From contig JAJQCZ010000033.1 of NCBI GenBank assembly GCA_021202465.1, positions 18,616-82,615 of the forward strand: DNA of 64,000 nt, read 5' to 3'. This stretch comes from Lachnospiraceae bacterium (GTDB lineage: Bacteria; Bacillota; Clostridia; Lachnospirales; Lachnospiraceae). Below the pieces are notes generated by a model. That model was not told the DNA's origin. It saw only the letters and a list, made by a program, of their open reading frames with translations, and made no database searches. Shown in pieces: positions 53,152 to 63,715 of this stretch (the first letter of the stretch is position 1; each line of letters begins with the position of its first letter). A program made the position numbers and the translations under genes.

Positions 53152-54846
53152 TTACTGCTGCTGATTTCTCCCCTGCAGGTCCTCGGCGCTGAACACGTTG
53201 GACAGCTTGCCGTTCGGCTCCACCATGGGGAATACCTTGTCGTCACAGTCGATGACACAGTCGATGACTGCGGCCTTCCGGCTGGCGATGACCTCCGCCA
53301 GTACGGCGTCGGCCTCCTTGCGGGTCGTCACGCGGTAGCCCTTCACACCCAGTGCCTCAGCGACCGCCACATAATCAACGGCATCCTGCAGAATGGTCTG
53401 GGAATAACGCTCCCCGTAAAACAGCGTCTGCCACTGACGCACCATGCCCAGCACATGATTATCGATGATCACGGTCACGATGGGCAGCCCATTGCGGCTC
53501 ACCGTCGCCAGCTCGTTCATATTCATGCGGAAGCAGCCGTCGCCGGTGATATTGACCACCAGCTTGTCCGGGAAAGCCATCTGCGCGCCGATGGCGGCGC
53601 CCATACCGTAGCCCATCGTACCCAGACCGCCGGAGCTTAAGAATGTCCTCGGATGCGTATAGGTATAATGCTGGGAAGCCCACATCTGATGCTGTCCCAC
53701 GTCAGTCACGATCAGTGTATTGTCATGAGAGGTCAGCTCGTCCAGTTTCTCGATGATGTAAGGCCCGGTGAGCACGTCACGGCGGAAGCGCAGCGGATAT
53801 CTCTGCTTCAGATCCTGGATGTATTTCATCCAGGCCGGATGCTCTGTCGCATCGAGACGGCGGTTCAGCTCGGCCAGCACCAGCTTCACATCGCCGATCA
53901 CGGAGGCATCCGTCCGCACATTTTTATTCACCTCGGCCGGATCCACATCGAGATGCAGAATCTTCGCCTGCTCGGCAAAAGCCTTCGTATCCCCGGTGCA
54001 GCGGTCACTGAAACGCACGCCGATGCCGATCAACAGGTCGCAGGCACAGACGCCCAGATCCGAGGCCTTAGTTCCATGCATACCCAGCATCCCGGTATAG
54101 GCAGGGTCAGACTCGTCGAACGCGCCCTGTCCCATGAGGGAGAGCGTCACCGGCGCATCGATCTTCTTCGCAAATTCTGTCAGTTCTTCCGAAGCATTGG
54201 CGGAGATCACGCCGCCGCCCGCGAAGATAAAGGGCTTCTTTGCCGCGCGGATCATCTCCACGGCCCGGCAGAGATCCTCCTCTGTCAGATGCGCCCGGGC
54301 CGGCGCGACGGGCTCCGGTTCCACCGGCGTGAACTCGCAGAGAGCCGCTGTCACGTCCTTGGTGATATCAACCAGCACCGGGCCCTGCCGCCCGCTCTTC
54401 GCCAGGCGGAAGGCGCGGCGGATGGCCGGCGCCAGGTCCTCCACCTTCTTCACCAGGGTACTGTACTTAGTGATCGGCATGGCCACCCCGGCGATGTCAA
54501 TCTCCTGGAAGGAATCCTTGCCCAGCATGGCAGTTCCCACATTGGCCGTGATCGCCACCAGCGGAATGGAATCCATATAGGCCGTCGCGATTCCCGTCAC
54601 CAGGTTGGTCGCTCCGGGGCCGGAGGTGGCAAAGCACACTCCGACCCGGCCCGTCGCGCGGGCATAGCCGTCGGCGGCATGCGCCGCCCCCTGCTCATGG
54701 GAGGTCAGGATATGATGAATCTTATCTGAGTATTTATAAAGAGCGTCGTACACATTCAGGATGCTCCCGCCCGGATAGCCGAAAATGGTGTCCACCTTCT
54801 GCTCCAGCAGGCACTCCATCAGGATCTCCGATCCGTTTAAAGTCAT
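53152..54846 (-). CDS. ilvB: Acetolactate synthase, large (catalytic) subunit
   Basis: ThDP enzyme with GYPGGSIL, GPGATNLVTGIA and GLGTMGYGMGAAIGA motifs. No small-subunit gene is adjacent. Confidence 0.9.
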   Translation of the reverse strand: MTLNGSEILMECLLEQKVDTIFGYPGGSILNVYDALYKYSDKIHHILTSHEQGAAHAADGYARATGRVGVCFATSGPGATNLVTGIATAYMDSIPLVAITANVGTAMLGKDSFQEIDIAGVAMPITKYSTLVKKVEDLAPAIRRAFRLAKSGRQGPVLVDITKDVTAALCEFTPVEPEPVAPARAHLTEEDLCRAVEMIRAAKKPFIFAGGGVISANASEELTEFAKKIDAPVTLSLMGQGAFDESDPAYTGMLGMHGTKASDLGVCACDLLIGIGVRFSDRCTGDTKAFAEQAKILHLDVDPAEVNKNVRTDASVIGDVKLVLAELNRRLDATEHPAWMKYIQDLKQRYPLRFRRDVLTGPYIIEKLDELTSHDNTLIVTDVGQHQMWASQHYTYTHPRTFLSSGGLGTMGYGMGAAIGAQMAFPDKLVVNITGDGCFRMNMNELATVSRNGLPIVTVIIDNHVLGMVRQWQTLFYGERYSQTILQDAVDYVAVAEALGVKGYRVTTRKEADAVLAEVIASRKAAVIDCVIDCDDKVFPMVEPNGKLSNVFSAEDLQGRNQQQ

Positions 54847-54888
54847 TTGGTATTCTCCTTTGCTCTGTCTGTCGTCCTCTGCGGTGGC

Positions 54889-56553
54889 CTACTGAATCTC
54901 CAGGATAGCCCCCCGGTTGCCGGAGGTGACCAGCTTCGCGTAGCGGGCCAGATATCCGGTTGTAACTTTGGGCTCTCTGGGCTGCCATTTCGCCTTCCGC
55001 GCCGCCATCTCCTCATCGGAGATCAGGACATCCAGGCGGCAGTTCTCGATATCAATGGAAATGATATCTCCCTCCTCCACCAGGGCAATGGGGCCGCCCA
55101 CCGCCGCTTCGGGGGAAACATGGCCGATCGAAGCGCCGCGGGAAGCGCCGCTGAAACGTCCGTCGGTGATCAGCGCCACGGAGGAACCCAGACCCATGCC
55201 CGCGATCGCGGAGGTGGGATTGAGCATCTCACGCATGCCGGGGCCGCCCTTGGGACCCTCATAACGGATCACGACCACGTCTCCGGCGACGATCTTTCCG
55301 CCCTTGATGGCCGCGATCGCATCCTCCTCGCAGTCAAAGACCCGCGCCGGTCCCTCATGCTTCATCATTTCGGGCACCACGGCGGAGCGCTTGACCACAC
55401 CGGAATCGGGAGCCAGGTTGCCCTTGAGGATCGCCAGGCCGCCGGTCTCGCTGTAGGGATTCTCGACAGGCCGGATGACCTCCGGGTTGCGGTTAACCGC
55501 GTGCTCGATGTTCTCACCCACAGTCCTGCCGGTCGCCGTGATCAGGTCAGTATAGAGCAGGTCCTTCTTCGTCAGCTCCTTCATGACAGCATAGACGCCG
55601 CCAGCCTCATAGAGGTCTTCCATATACGTCGGGCCCGCCGGCGCCAGATGACAGAGGTTCGGCGTCCGGCTGCTGATCTCATTAGCAATGTCCACATTGA
55701 TCTCCACACCGGCCTCATGGGCAATGGCAGGAATGTGCAGCATCGTGTTGGTGCTGCAGCCCAGCGCCATATCCACCACCAGCGCGTTGGTAAAGGCCTT
55801 CTCGGTCATGATATCCCGGGGACGGATGTTCTTCTCCAGAAGCTCCATCACCTTCATCCCGGCGTGCTTCGCCAGTTTGATGCGCTCGGAATACACAGCG
55901 GGGATGGTGCCATTTCCTTCCAGACCCATGCCGATGGCCTCGGCCAGGCAGTTCATGCTGTTGGCGGTATACATGCCGGAGCAGGAACCGCAGGTCGGGC
56001 AGGCACGGCGCTCAAATTCCTTCACGTCCTCCTCCGTCATGGTCCCGGCACTGTAAGAACCGACCGCCTCAAACATACTGGAGAGACTGGTCTTGTGCCC
56101 CTTCACGTGACCGGCCATCATGGGGCCGCCGCTGACAAACACCGTAGGGATGTTCAGGCGGGCCGCCGCCATCAGGAGGCCGGGGACATTCTTATCGCAG
56201 TTCGGCACCATGACCAGCGCATCAAAGGCATGGGCAATGGCCATGCACTCGGTCGAATCACAGATCAGGTCGCGGGTCACCAGGGAGTACTTCATACCCA
56301 CATGGCCCATGGCGATGCCGTCGCAGACCGCGATGGCCGGAAATACGATCGGGGTGCCGCCGGCCATGGCGACGCCGGTCTTCACGGCATTGACGATCTT
56401 GTCCAGGTTCATATGGCCGGGAACGATCTCATTGTACGAGCTGACGATACCCACCAGCGGGCGGTTCAGCTCCTCTTCCGTCATGCCCAGTGCGTTGAAC
56501 AGAGAACGGTGGGGCGCCTGCTGCATCCCCTTTGTCACGGAATCACTCTTCAT
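54889..56553 (-). CDS. ilvD: Dihydroxy-acid dehydratase
   Basis: [25 protein letters not shown] and [13 protein letters not shown] signatures. Confidence 0.95.
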   Translation of the reverse strand: MKSDSVTKGMQQAPHRSLFNALGMTEEELNRPLVGIVSSYNEIVPGHMNLDKIVNAVKTGVAMAGGTPIVFPAIAVCDGIAMGHVGMKYSLVTRDLICDSTECMAIAHAFDALVMVPNCDKNVPGLLMAAARLNIPTVFVSGGPMMAGHVKGHKTSLSSMFEAVGSYSAGTMTEEDVKEFERRACPTCGSCSGMYTANSMNCLAEAIGMGLEGNGTIPAVYSERIKLAKHAGMKVMELLEKNIRPRDIMTEKAFTNALVVDMALGCSTNTMLHIPAIAHEAGVEINVDIANEISSRTPNLCHLAPAGPTYMEDLYEAGGVYAVMKELTKKDLLYTDLITATGRTVGENIEHAVNRNPEVIRPVENPYSETGGLAILKGNLAPDSGVVKRSAVVPEMMKHEGPARVFDCEEDAIAAIKGGKIVAGDVVVIRYEGPKGGPGMREMLNPTSAIAGMGLGSSVALITDGRFSGASRGASIGHVSPEAAVGGPIALVEEGDIISIDIENCRLDVLISDEEMAARKAKWQPREPKVTTGYLARYAKLVTSGNRGAILEIQ

Positions 56554-56582
56554 TTTATTTATTCTCCTTTATCTATTGTCAC

Positions 56583-57665
56583 TTACAGCCGCGCCCGGAT
56601 GGCTTCGCCCATCTGCGTGGTACCTACCTTCTCACAGCCCTCGGACCAGATGTCGCCGGTGCGGTATCCGTCCGCCAGCACCTGCTTCACGGCATTCTCG
56701 ATGTCGTCGGCCTCCTCCGTCAGATCGAAGGAATAGCGGAGCATCATGGCCGCCGAGAGGATCGTCGCAATGGGGTTCGCCAGGTTCTGTCCTGCGATGT
56801 CCGGCGCCGAGCCGTGACTCGGCTCGTAGAGTCCCAGCTTCGTCTTCCCCAGGCTGGCCGAGGAAAGCATGCCGATCGAACCCGTCACCTCGCTGGCCTC
56901 ATCAGAGAGAATGTCTCCGAACATATTTTCCGTCAGAATCACGTCAAACTGTCCCGGCGCCCGGACCAGCTGCATGGCGCAGTTGTCCACCAGCATATGG
57001 GAGAGTTTCACGTCGGGATAGTCCTTCGCCACATCCTCTACGACAGCGCGCCACAGGCGGGAGGAATCAAGGACGTTGGCCTTGTCCACGCTGATGACTT
57101 CCTTTCTCCTCTTCTGCGCCACCTCAAAGGCCTTGATGGCGATACGGCGGATCTCATTCTCATTGTACACCAGAGTATCCGTGGCCTGCTTCACGCCGTC
57201 CACCTCCTCAGTGAACCGTTTGCCGAAATACAGCCCCCCTGTCAGCTCGCGCATAATCACCATATCGAAGCCGTCGCCGATGATATCGGGACGCACCGGG
57301 CAGCGATCCTTCAGCTCCGGATACAGATACGCCGGTCGCATATTGGCAAAAAGCTCCAGCCCCTTGCGCAGGGCCAGCAGCCCCGCCTCCGGCCGCTCCT
57401 GCGGCGGACGGTCATACCAGGCGGAATTGCCGACATTTCCGCCCACAGCGCCCAGCAGCACCGCATCAGAGGCCTTTGCCGCCGCCAGTGCCTCGTCTGT
57501 CAGGGGCACTCCATAGCGGTCGATGGAGCAGCCGCCCATCAGCAGCTCCGTATATTCAAACGTATGCCCGTACTTTTCGCCGACGGCGTCCAGTACCTTT
57601 CTCGTTTCTCCGACAATCTCGGGGCCGATCCCGTCCCCGGGAATCAGTGCAACATGACAAATCAT
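56583..57665 (-). CDS. leuB: 3-isopropylmalate dehydrogenase
   Basis: Start at internal Met ([17 protein letters not shown]) after [18 protein letters not shown] and GSAPDIAG motifs. Confidence 0.92.
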   Translation of the reverse strand: MICHVALIPGDGIGPEIVGETRKVLDAVGEKYGHTFEYTELLMGGCSIDRYGVPLTDEALAAAKASDAVLLGAVGGNVGNSAWYDRPPQERPEAGLLALRKGLELFANMRPAYLYPELKDRCPVRPDIIGDGFDMVIMRELTGGLYFGKRFTEEVDGVKQATDTLVYNENEIRRIAIKAFEVAQKRRKEVISVDKANVLDSSRLWRAVVEDVAKDYPDVKLSHMLVDNCAMQLVRAPGQFDVILTENMFGDILSDEASEVTGSIGMLSSASLGKTKLGLYEPSHGSAPDIAGQNLANPIATILSAAMMLRYSFDLTEEADDIENAVKQVLADGYRTGDIWSEGCEKVGTTQMGEAIRARL

Positions 57666-57730
57666 ATGGATCCTCCTCCCCATGCGGCGCGCCCCGGCCT
57701 CCTGCCGTCCGCCTGCCGCACATTTCGTCT

Positions 57731-57759
57731 ATCATAGCCTATCCCGCTCTGTTTTTCAA
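57731..57759 (-). promoter_or_regulatory. Sigma-A-type promoter TTGAAA-17-TATGAT upstream of leuB
   Basis: Read on the minus strand: -35 at 57754-57759 and -10 at 57731-57736, about 65 nt before the ATG. Confidence 0.55.
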
Positions 57760-57873
57760 CTGTCTGCACGGTATTCATCGGTCAGGAGACAGCCTTATCG
57801 TCTCCTGACCGCCGCGCGAGCCGGGTGCGGCATCAGCCGCACCACTCCCTGCCCGGCTCTGCGCATATTAAAC

Positions 57874-57907
57874 AGGACAAAGCCGCGAAAATCCACAGCC
57901 TTGTCCT
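57874..57907 (-). terminator. Probable yajC terminator
   Basis: Minus strand AGGACAAGGC-tgtggattttcgcg-GCTTTGTCCT followed by GTTTAAT. Confidence 0.45.
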
Positions 57908-57968
57908 TCGATGCCTTTCTATGCGGGTTTATCCGGTTCCCGGCCTCTGCGGCCGCGAACCCACGCCG

Positions 57969-58274
57969 TCACTCCTGGCCGGGCTTCTCCACCTGAATGA
58001 TCGCTTCCTTCTGCATGGGAATCCGGCAGTTCTTGTTATTGCCGAACTCCACGATCACCACATCCTCGGTGACATCGATGATGGTTCCGTAAAAACCGCT
58101 GCTGGTCAGGACGCTGTCCCCGATCTCGATGCTGGCAACCAGGGCCGCTTTCTCTTTCTTCTGCTTGTTCTGCGGGCGGATCATGACGAAGTACATGAAC
58201 GCTACAATGATCACAATGTAGACGACCCAGAAACCAACCCCGTAACCGCTGCTGTCTGCTGCTAACAATGCCAT
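57969..58274 (-). CDS. yajC: Preprotein translocase subunit YajC
   Basis: Single TM helix followed by RPQNKQKKE...IGD.V.T..G..G.I, the YajC signature. Confidence 0.9.
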   Translation of the reverse strand: MALLAADSSGYGVGFWVVYIVIIVAFMYFVMIRPQNKQKKEKAALVASIEIGDSVLTSSGFYGTIIDVTEDVVIVEFGNNKNCRIPMQKEAIIQVEKPGQE

Positions 58275-58325
58275 AATTAAATGTTCCTCCTGTGTTTCCG
58301 GCTGGCCGCCGGCATTTCGGACGCC

Positions 58326-59474
58326 TCAGACGGTGGCTTCCACCGGCTCCACGCCCAGGCCCGCCAGTTTGCTTCTCTTGTACTGCGCATAGCAGCCCTC
58401 CTCGATCGCCTGGCGAATCTCCGTCATCATTGTATTATAAAAATATAGATTATGCAAGACACAAAAACGCATTCCCAGCATCTCACCGGCCTTCAGCAGG
58501 TGCCGGATATAGGCCCGGCTGTAGCCGCCGCGGCACGCGGGACAGCCGCAGCCCTCCTCGATCGGCGCGCCGTCGGTTTCGAAGCGGGCGTTAAAGAGGT
58601 TCAGCTTCCCGTGGTTCGTGTAAACATGCCCGTGCCGCCCGTTGCGGCTGGGATAGACGCAGTCGAAGAAATCCACGCCCCGATCCACGGCCTCCAGGAT
58701 GTTGGCCGGTGTGCCGACCCCCATCAGATAAATCGGTTTATTCTCCGGCAGATGCGGCACCGTGACATCCAGAATCCGGTACATCTCCGCGTGGCTCTCC
58801 CCCACGGCCAGACCGCCCAGCGCGTAACCGTCCAGATCCATGGCCGCGATCTGCTCCGCCTGAGCAATACGGATATCCTCGAAGGTGCCACCCTGATTGA
58901 TGCCAAAAAGCATCTGCTGAGGGTTCAGGGTATCCGGCAGGGCATTAAGCCGTTCCATCTCCGCTTTGCAGCGCGCCAGCCACCGCGTGGTCCGCGCCAC
59001 ACTGTCTTCCATATAGTCCCGCGTTGCCGGATGCGGTGCGCACTCGTCAAAAGCCATGGCGATCGTCGAGCCCAGATTGGACTGAATCTGCATGCTCTCC
59101 TCCGGCCCCATGAAGATCTTCCGCCCGTCTACATGAGAGTGAAACCAGACGCCCTCCTCGCGGATCTTCCGCAATCCGGCCAGTGAAAAGACCTGAAAGC
59201 CGCCGGAATCCGTCAGGATCGGCCGGTCCCAGCGCATAAATGCGTGAAGGCCTCCCATCTGACGCACCACCTGATCGCCGGGGCGAACATGGAGATGGTA
59301 GGTGTTGGAAAGCTCCACCTGTGTGCCGATCTCCCGGAGGTCGTCGGCGGAAACGGCGCCCTTGATCGCCCCCACCGTCCCAACATTCATGAACACGGGA
59401 GTTTCAATGACGCCGTGGACCGTCTCAAGCCGCCCCCGCCGGGCCCGATGATCCTTTTTGATCAGTGTATACAT
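58326..59474 (-). CDS. tgt: tRNA-guanine transglycosylase (queuine tRNA-ribosyltransferase)
   Basis: TPVFMNVGT, LSNTYHL, TDSGGFQ and the Zn site CGCPAC...H. Confidence 0.95.
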   Translation of the reverse strand: MYTLIKKDHRARRGRLETVHGVIETPVFMNVGTVGAIKGAVSADDLREIGTQVELSNTYHLHVRPGDQVVRQMGGLHAFMRWDRPILTDSGGFQVFSLAGLRKIREEGVWFHSHVDGRKIFMGPEESMQIQSNLGSTIAMAFDECAPHPATRDYMEDSVARTTRWLARCKAEMERLNALPDTLNPQQMLFGINQGGTFEDIRIAQAEQIAAMDLDGYALGGLAVGESHAEMYRILDVTVPHLPENKPIYLMGVGTPANILEAVDRGVDFFDCVYPSRNGRHGHVYTNHGKLNLFNARFETDGAPIEEGCGCPACRGGYSRAYIRHLLKAGEMLGMRFCVLHNLYFYNTMMTEIRQAIEEGCYAQYKRSKLAGLGVEPVEATV

Positions 59475-59478
59475 AAAT

Positions 59479-60744
59479 CTATTCGTTCTCCTCTTTTTCT
59501 GCCTGCACCAGCACCTTCTCCACCCGGCGGCCGTCCATACTCAGGACCGTCACCCGCAGACCATGCCAGTGGAAGCTCTCGCCGCTCTTCGGGTACGCGC
59601 CGCCGAAGGACTCCAGCGTCCAGCCGCCCACCGTGTCGCTTTCCGCCTCGAGCTCCTCCTCACGGATATCGAAGAGCTCCAGAAAATCTCCCATCATCAT
59701 AGCGCCGTCCAGCTCGTAGATGCCTCCGGCGTGCTCGGTCACCTCCGGTTCCACGGTGTCCGTCTCATCCCAGATGTCCCCGACGATCTGTTCCAGCAGA
59801 TCCTCCATCGAAAGCACACCCACCGTGCCTCCGTACTCGCCGGTGACGATGGCCAGATGCTGCTTGGCACGGCGCAGCTGATTCATCACCTCCGGCAGCT
59901 TCATGGTCTTATACACATAGCAGGGCGGCATCAGCAGTGAACGGATGTCCACGGAACCGCCCTCTGTCAGGGCTTTCAGAAAATGATTCAGATACAAAAC
60001 GCCGATAACGTTATCAATATTGTCCTCGTAGACAGGCAGCCGCGAATACGGCGAATCCTCTACCACGGCCAGGATATCCTCCCAGTCATCCTCAATATCA
60101 ATAGCCAGGACATCCACCCGCGCCGTCATGACCTCCTGCGCAGAGATATCGGCGAACCCGATGGCCGCCTGCACCAGCTCCGTCTGATCCTCGTCGAGGA
60201 CTGCCTCATCCTCCGCCGTCTCGATGATGGACTGAAGCTCCTCCACCGCCTCATCGGCGTCGCCCTCCTCATCGCCCTTCATGCCGCGTGTCAGCCAGGC
60301 GATCAGATGCACGACCACCCAGATCAGCGGACTCAGGACGATCATCAGACCATGAAGCAGGGAAGCACTGCGTACCGCCATCCCATTGGCGTTCTTCTTG
60401 ACGGTGATCTTGGGAATGGTTTCCCCGAAGATGATCACCAGCACCGTCAGCACCAGCGTAGCGACCCAGGCATACGCATCGCTGCCGGTGACCAGAATCA
60501 CGAACACCGAACCCAGAGAAGACGAAGCAATGTTCACCAGATTGTTGCCAATCAAAATGGCGCTGAGCGCATCGTCATACCGGTCCAGGATACGCAGAGC
60601 CAGTCCCGCTTTCCGGGAACCATCCTCCGCCTCATTCTCCAGACGAAGCCGGTTACAGGCAGAGTAGGATATTTCTGAAGCGGAAAAGAACGCCGAGCCG
60701 CAGAGGCACAGCAGAATCGCCAGCGCGATCAGATACACTGTCAT
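59479..60744 (-). CDS. CNNM/DUF21-CBS-CorC_HlyC family protein ('hemolysin family')
   Basis: 4-TM DUF21 N-terminus (AFFSASEISY), a CBS pair and a CorC_HlyC C-terminal domain. Confidence 0.85.
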   Translation of the reverse strand: MTVYLIALAILLCLCGSAFFSASEISYSACNRLRLENEAEDGSRKAGLALRILDRYDDALSAILIGNNLVNIASSSLGSVFVILVTGSDAYAWVATLVLTVLVIIFGETIPKITVKKNANGMAVRSASLLHGLMIVLSPLIWVVVHLIAWLTRGMKGDEEGDADEAVEELQSIIETAEDEAVLDEDQTELVQAAIGFADISAQEVMTARVDVLAIDIEDDWEDILAVVEDSPYSRLPVYEDNIDNVIGVLYLNHFLKALTEGGSVDIRSLLMPPCYVYKTMKLPEVMNQLRRAKQHLAIVTGEYGGTVGVLSMEDLLEQIVGDIWDETDTVEPEVTEHAGGIYELDGAMMMGDFLELFDIREEELEAESDTVGGWTLESFGGAYPKSGESFHWHGLRVTVLSMDGRRVEKVLVQAEKEENE

Positions 60745-62072
60745 GCCTCCTCACCCCCTTCCGCGCCGGCCGGAAGCCGCCGCAGAGTGAGCTTGCGGAT
60801 GCGGTTGTGATCCATTTCGGAGACCGTGATCTCCAGCTCGTGATAGGTAAACCGGTCTCCCACCGCCGGGATAGCCGGGAACTGCTCATAGGCCCATTCA
60901 CCCATCAGCGTATTGATGAGGTCTTCATCCTCCTCCGGATCCTCGTAATCCACATGCTCGAAGGCATCACTCACCGACTCGTCCGCGTCTACCTGATAGG
61001 AGCCATCCTCCAGCTGAACGACCGTCTCATCAACGACGTCGTCCTCGTCCCAGATCTCTCCGACCAGCTCCTCGAGGATATCCTCCACCGTGACGATGCC
61101 GAGAGTTCCCCCGTAATTGTCGGTGACGACCGCCATATTCAGTTTTTCCTTAGACATGGTCGGAAGAAGATCATCGATATTCGCACTCTGATGGACGAAC
61201 AGCACCTCATCCAGCAGCGAGCGCAAGTCCAGCCCGTCGCCCTGACGCAGGTAAGCCTTGATAAATGTACGGATCTGCAGGACGCCGATGATGTGATCGA
61301 TCGTCCCCTCATAGACAGGCAGCCGGCTGTGGTTCTGCTCTTTGACAAAGTCCAGGATCTCCCCGGTGGGCGTATCAATGTCGATGGCCGCCACATCCAC
61401 CCGGGGCGTCAGCACACTCTCCACCGTCACGTCGCCGAACTGCAGCGCCGACGAGATCAGATCGCCCCGGGCATCGTCCAGTGTGCCTTCCTCGGTCATG
61501 TCCTCGATGATGTCGTAAAGCTCATCCTCCGTCACGGAAATCTGCGGGTCTCCTTTGGTCAGCTTCGCCGCCGCCTGGCCGATCCAGGTCAGCAGCGTGG
61601 AGAGCGGCGCCAGCACCTTCATCAGAAAACAGAGAGGCGCCGCGCAGGTCAGAAGAAGCCTCTCGCTGTACTTCTTGGCCACGCTCTTGGGAAGCATCTC
61701 CCCCGCGAAGAACACCACGATCGTGGTGAGAAGCGTACTGACCGACACCGCGCCCAGTCCCCAGATCCGGGTCACCTGCACGGTGACGATCGAGGCGGTG
61801 GCCAGGTGCACGACATTCGTGCAGATCAGCAGCGTACTGATCGCCCGGTCAAAATTCTCCAGCACATAGAGGGCACTCTCCGCATGCTTCTCGCCGCGCT
61901 CGGCGGCCATGCGGATCCTGACCCGGGAGGCCGCGGCCGCCGCGGTCTCCGCCACGGCAAAAAAGGCCGCGCAGAACAACAGAATAATCACGAGTAGCCA
62001 TGATATTCGACTGCCATCATCCATTTTAGGACATCCATCTCCTTTATCTTCGGTTCCCATAGGGCACGGCAC
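60741..62072 (-). CDS. CNNM/DUF21-CBS-CorC_HlyC family protein, tandem paralogue (start possibly 62024)
   Basis: Same architecture (AFFAVAETA...). Its stop overlaps the next start by 4 nt. Confidence 0.85.
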   Translation of the reverse strand: MPCPMGTEDKGDGCPKMDDGSRISWLLVIILLFCAAFFAVAETAAAAASRVRIRMAAERGEKHAESALYVLENFDRAISTLLICTNVVHLATASIVTVQVTRIWGLGAVSVSTLLTTIVVFFAGEMLPKSVAKKYSERLLLTCAAPLCFLMKVLAPLSTLLTWIGQAAAKLTKGDPQISVTEDELYDIIEDMTEEGTLDDARGDLISSALQFGDVTVESVLTPRVDVAAIDIDTPTGEILDFVKEQNHSRLPVYEGTIDHIIGVLQIRTFIKAYLRQGDGLDLRSLLDEVLFVHQSANIDDLLPTMSKEKLNMAVVTDNYGGTLGIVTVEDILEELVGEIWDEDDVVDETVVQLEDGSYQVDADESVSDAFEHVDYEDPEEDEDLINTLMGEWAYEQFPAIPAVGDRFTYHELEITVSEMDHNRIRKLTLRRLPAGAEGGEEA

Positions 62073-62221
62073 GCAGGCCGCCCGTAAACCAGGTTCTTCG
62101 TTTTTAAAAATGTTTAAAGTTAGGCATCATGTTACCACGAATCGGCCCTCCCTGTCAATGCACAGAAACTGACAAACCGGAGAAAATGTCTGAGATGCCA
62201 CATTCTGTCACCGGTCTCGCG

Positions 62222-62644
62222 TCACGAAAAAATTCCGCCGACTCCGCCGCCGGACAGACAAAGCAAAGGCGCCCAGAAACCTGCGGAGGCGCCGGTTGAT
62301 TCCGTGGAAAAAATCAGAGAGAGCAGCAGAAGGACGAGGAAATAAATCAACCCGGCCGCCAGTCCCCAGAGCAGGCGGCGGTTCCCCGCAGCCCGGGCGG
62401 CCAGGAGTCCGCCTGTGAAGGCAGAGAGAAACCAGATAACGCGGACAACGACAGGAATCACAGAGAATCCCACCCCCGCCAGTGTAAAGACGGCCGCCGC
62501 CGCAAGGAGGAGAAGGGTGCTCACCAGAGCTGCAAAGAAAAGAGCCCTCCCCAGGATACGAACCGGGGAGGGAAGAATCTGATGATCCACAGCAGGCCTC
62601 CGGACATATGCTGTGGTATTGTATGCAGCGGACCTCACATCCAT
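62222..62644 (-). CDS. Small polytopic membrane protein (TIGR04086/YrzE-like)
   Basis: Four hydrophobic helices. GGLLAARAAGNRRLLWGLAAGLIY resembles the TIGR04086 family motif. I prefer it over the overlapping frame 62208..62648. Confidence 0.55.
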   Translation of the reverse strand: MDVRSAAYNTTAYVRRPAVDHQILPSPVRILGRALFFAALVSTLLLLAAAAVFTLAGVGFSVIPVVVRVIWFLSAFTGGLLAARAAGNRRLLWGLAAGLIYFLVLLLLSLIFSTESTGASAGFWAPLLCLSGGGVGGIFS

Positions 62645-62671
62645 TCACCTACAGGCAGGATTTCCGCCGGG

Positions 62672-63715
62672 TCAGCGTGAAGCTTCCTCCGGTTTCCGAA
62701 CCAGAGCGTATATCTTTTTCACGGCCCGGTTAAAACCGCCGGATGCCTTATCATTTCCGAAAATCAGGATACATAAAACAGACAAAACGGTCGCTGCCAG
62801 ATACGCCTTCAGGGCACTTTCCGCAAGCATCGGCAGATTTATGATCTTTCTATAGAAGACGATGTATAAGACGGCCTGTCCCAGATAAATCGTCAGGGAA
62901 TTCTGCCCCAGATAAGAAAAGCAGGTCTTTTTTGACGGAAAAAGAGCCAGCAGCACGCCGCACATCAAAACCGCCAGCACGAAAATATACACAAAACCCA
63001 GATATCCGTAAAGCGGCGAACCGTCAAAATGATCCACGGTGATCGTCCGCAGCATCATCGCACGTAACGTTCCGGCGGAGACGATGCCACCGGATATAAC
63101 CATCTCAACAGATACAACACCCACAAGCAGAGCCAGGATGGGCACCGCCTTCGGCAGCCGGCGAATTTTCCCGATCGTATCTTTCTGCGTATAATACCCG
63201 GCCAGAAAGAAGAACGCAAAGCTTACGACCCTGATGCACCATGTCTGCAGATCCGTTCCCATGATCAGGATATTCAACACAAAGGCAACGGGCAGAATAT
63301 ACCGGATCCTGACCAACCCCCCCAGGAAGCTGCGCCAGAGAAATAAAGCCAGCAGATACCACATGGAAAACTGCGGTTTCAGAAGACTGCTCAGGGTAAT
63401 GGCTTCCCCGTAAAGCAGGAATCGTGTCAGAACGATCAGCAGCTGTCCGATGAAAAACAGAACCAGAATTTCGCCGGCCTTCTCCCGGCCTTTCTGTATG
63501 TTTTTGGAAAAATACCCCGAAATAAATACAAAAAGCGGCATATGAAAGGAACAGGCAAGAACCAGGAAACGGTCAATCCATACGTTTGCGCCAAATTGTT
63601 TTTTGACCGGCGCAAACAGATGGACAAGAACGACCAGAACAATCAGCAGTGCCTTTAAATTATCAAAAAGATAATCTCTTTCACTGATTTTGTCAGGATT
63701 GTTCATGATTTTCAC
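62672..63715 (-). CDS. Acyltransferase family 3 membrane protein (O-acyltransferase)
   Basis: RDYLFDNLKALLIVLVVLVHLF N-terminus and about 10 TM helices, typical of Acyl_transf_3. Confidence 0.8.
   Translation of the reverse strand: MKIMNNPDKISERDYLFDNLKALLIVLVVLVHLFAPVKKQFGANVWIDRFLVLACSFHMPLFVFISGYFSKNIQKGREKAGEILVLFFIGQLLIVLTRFLLYGEAITLSSLLKPQFSMWYLLALFLWRSFLGGLVRIRYILPVAFVLNILIMGTDLQTWCIRVVSFAFFFLAGYYTQKDTIGKIRRLPKAVPILALLVGVVSVEMVISGGIVSAGTLRAMMLRTITVDHFDGSPLYGYLGFVYIFVLAVLMCGVLLALFPSKKTCFSYLGQNSLTIYLGQAVLYIVFYRKIINLPMLAESALKAYLAATVLSVLCILIFGNDKASGGFNRAVKKIYALVRKPEEASR

Noticed and set aside
57666-57968. T-box leader upstream of leuB
   Set aside because: There is no T-box consensus (GGTGGTACCGCG-like) and no terminator/antiterminator pair. 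The leader downstream of the predicted promoter is only about 65 nt.
62208-62648. 146-aa ORF overlapping 62222..62644 in another frame
   Set aside because: Its translation is Cys/Gly/Pro/Arg-rich with no hydrophobic helices or motifs. The alternative frame gives a coherent four-helix membrane protein.
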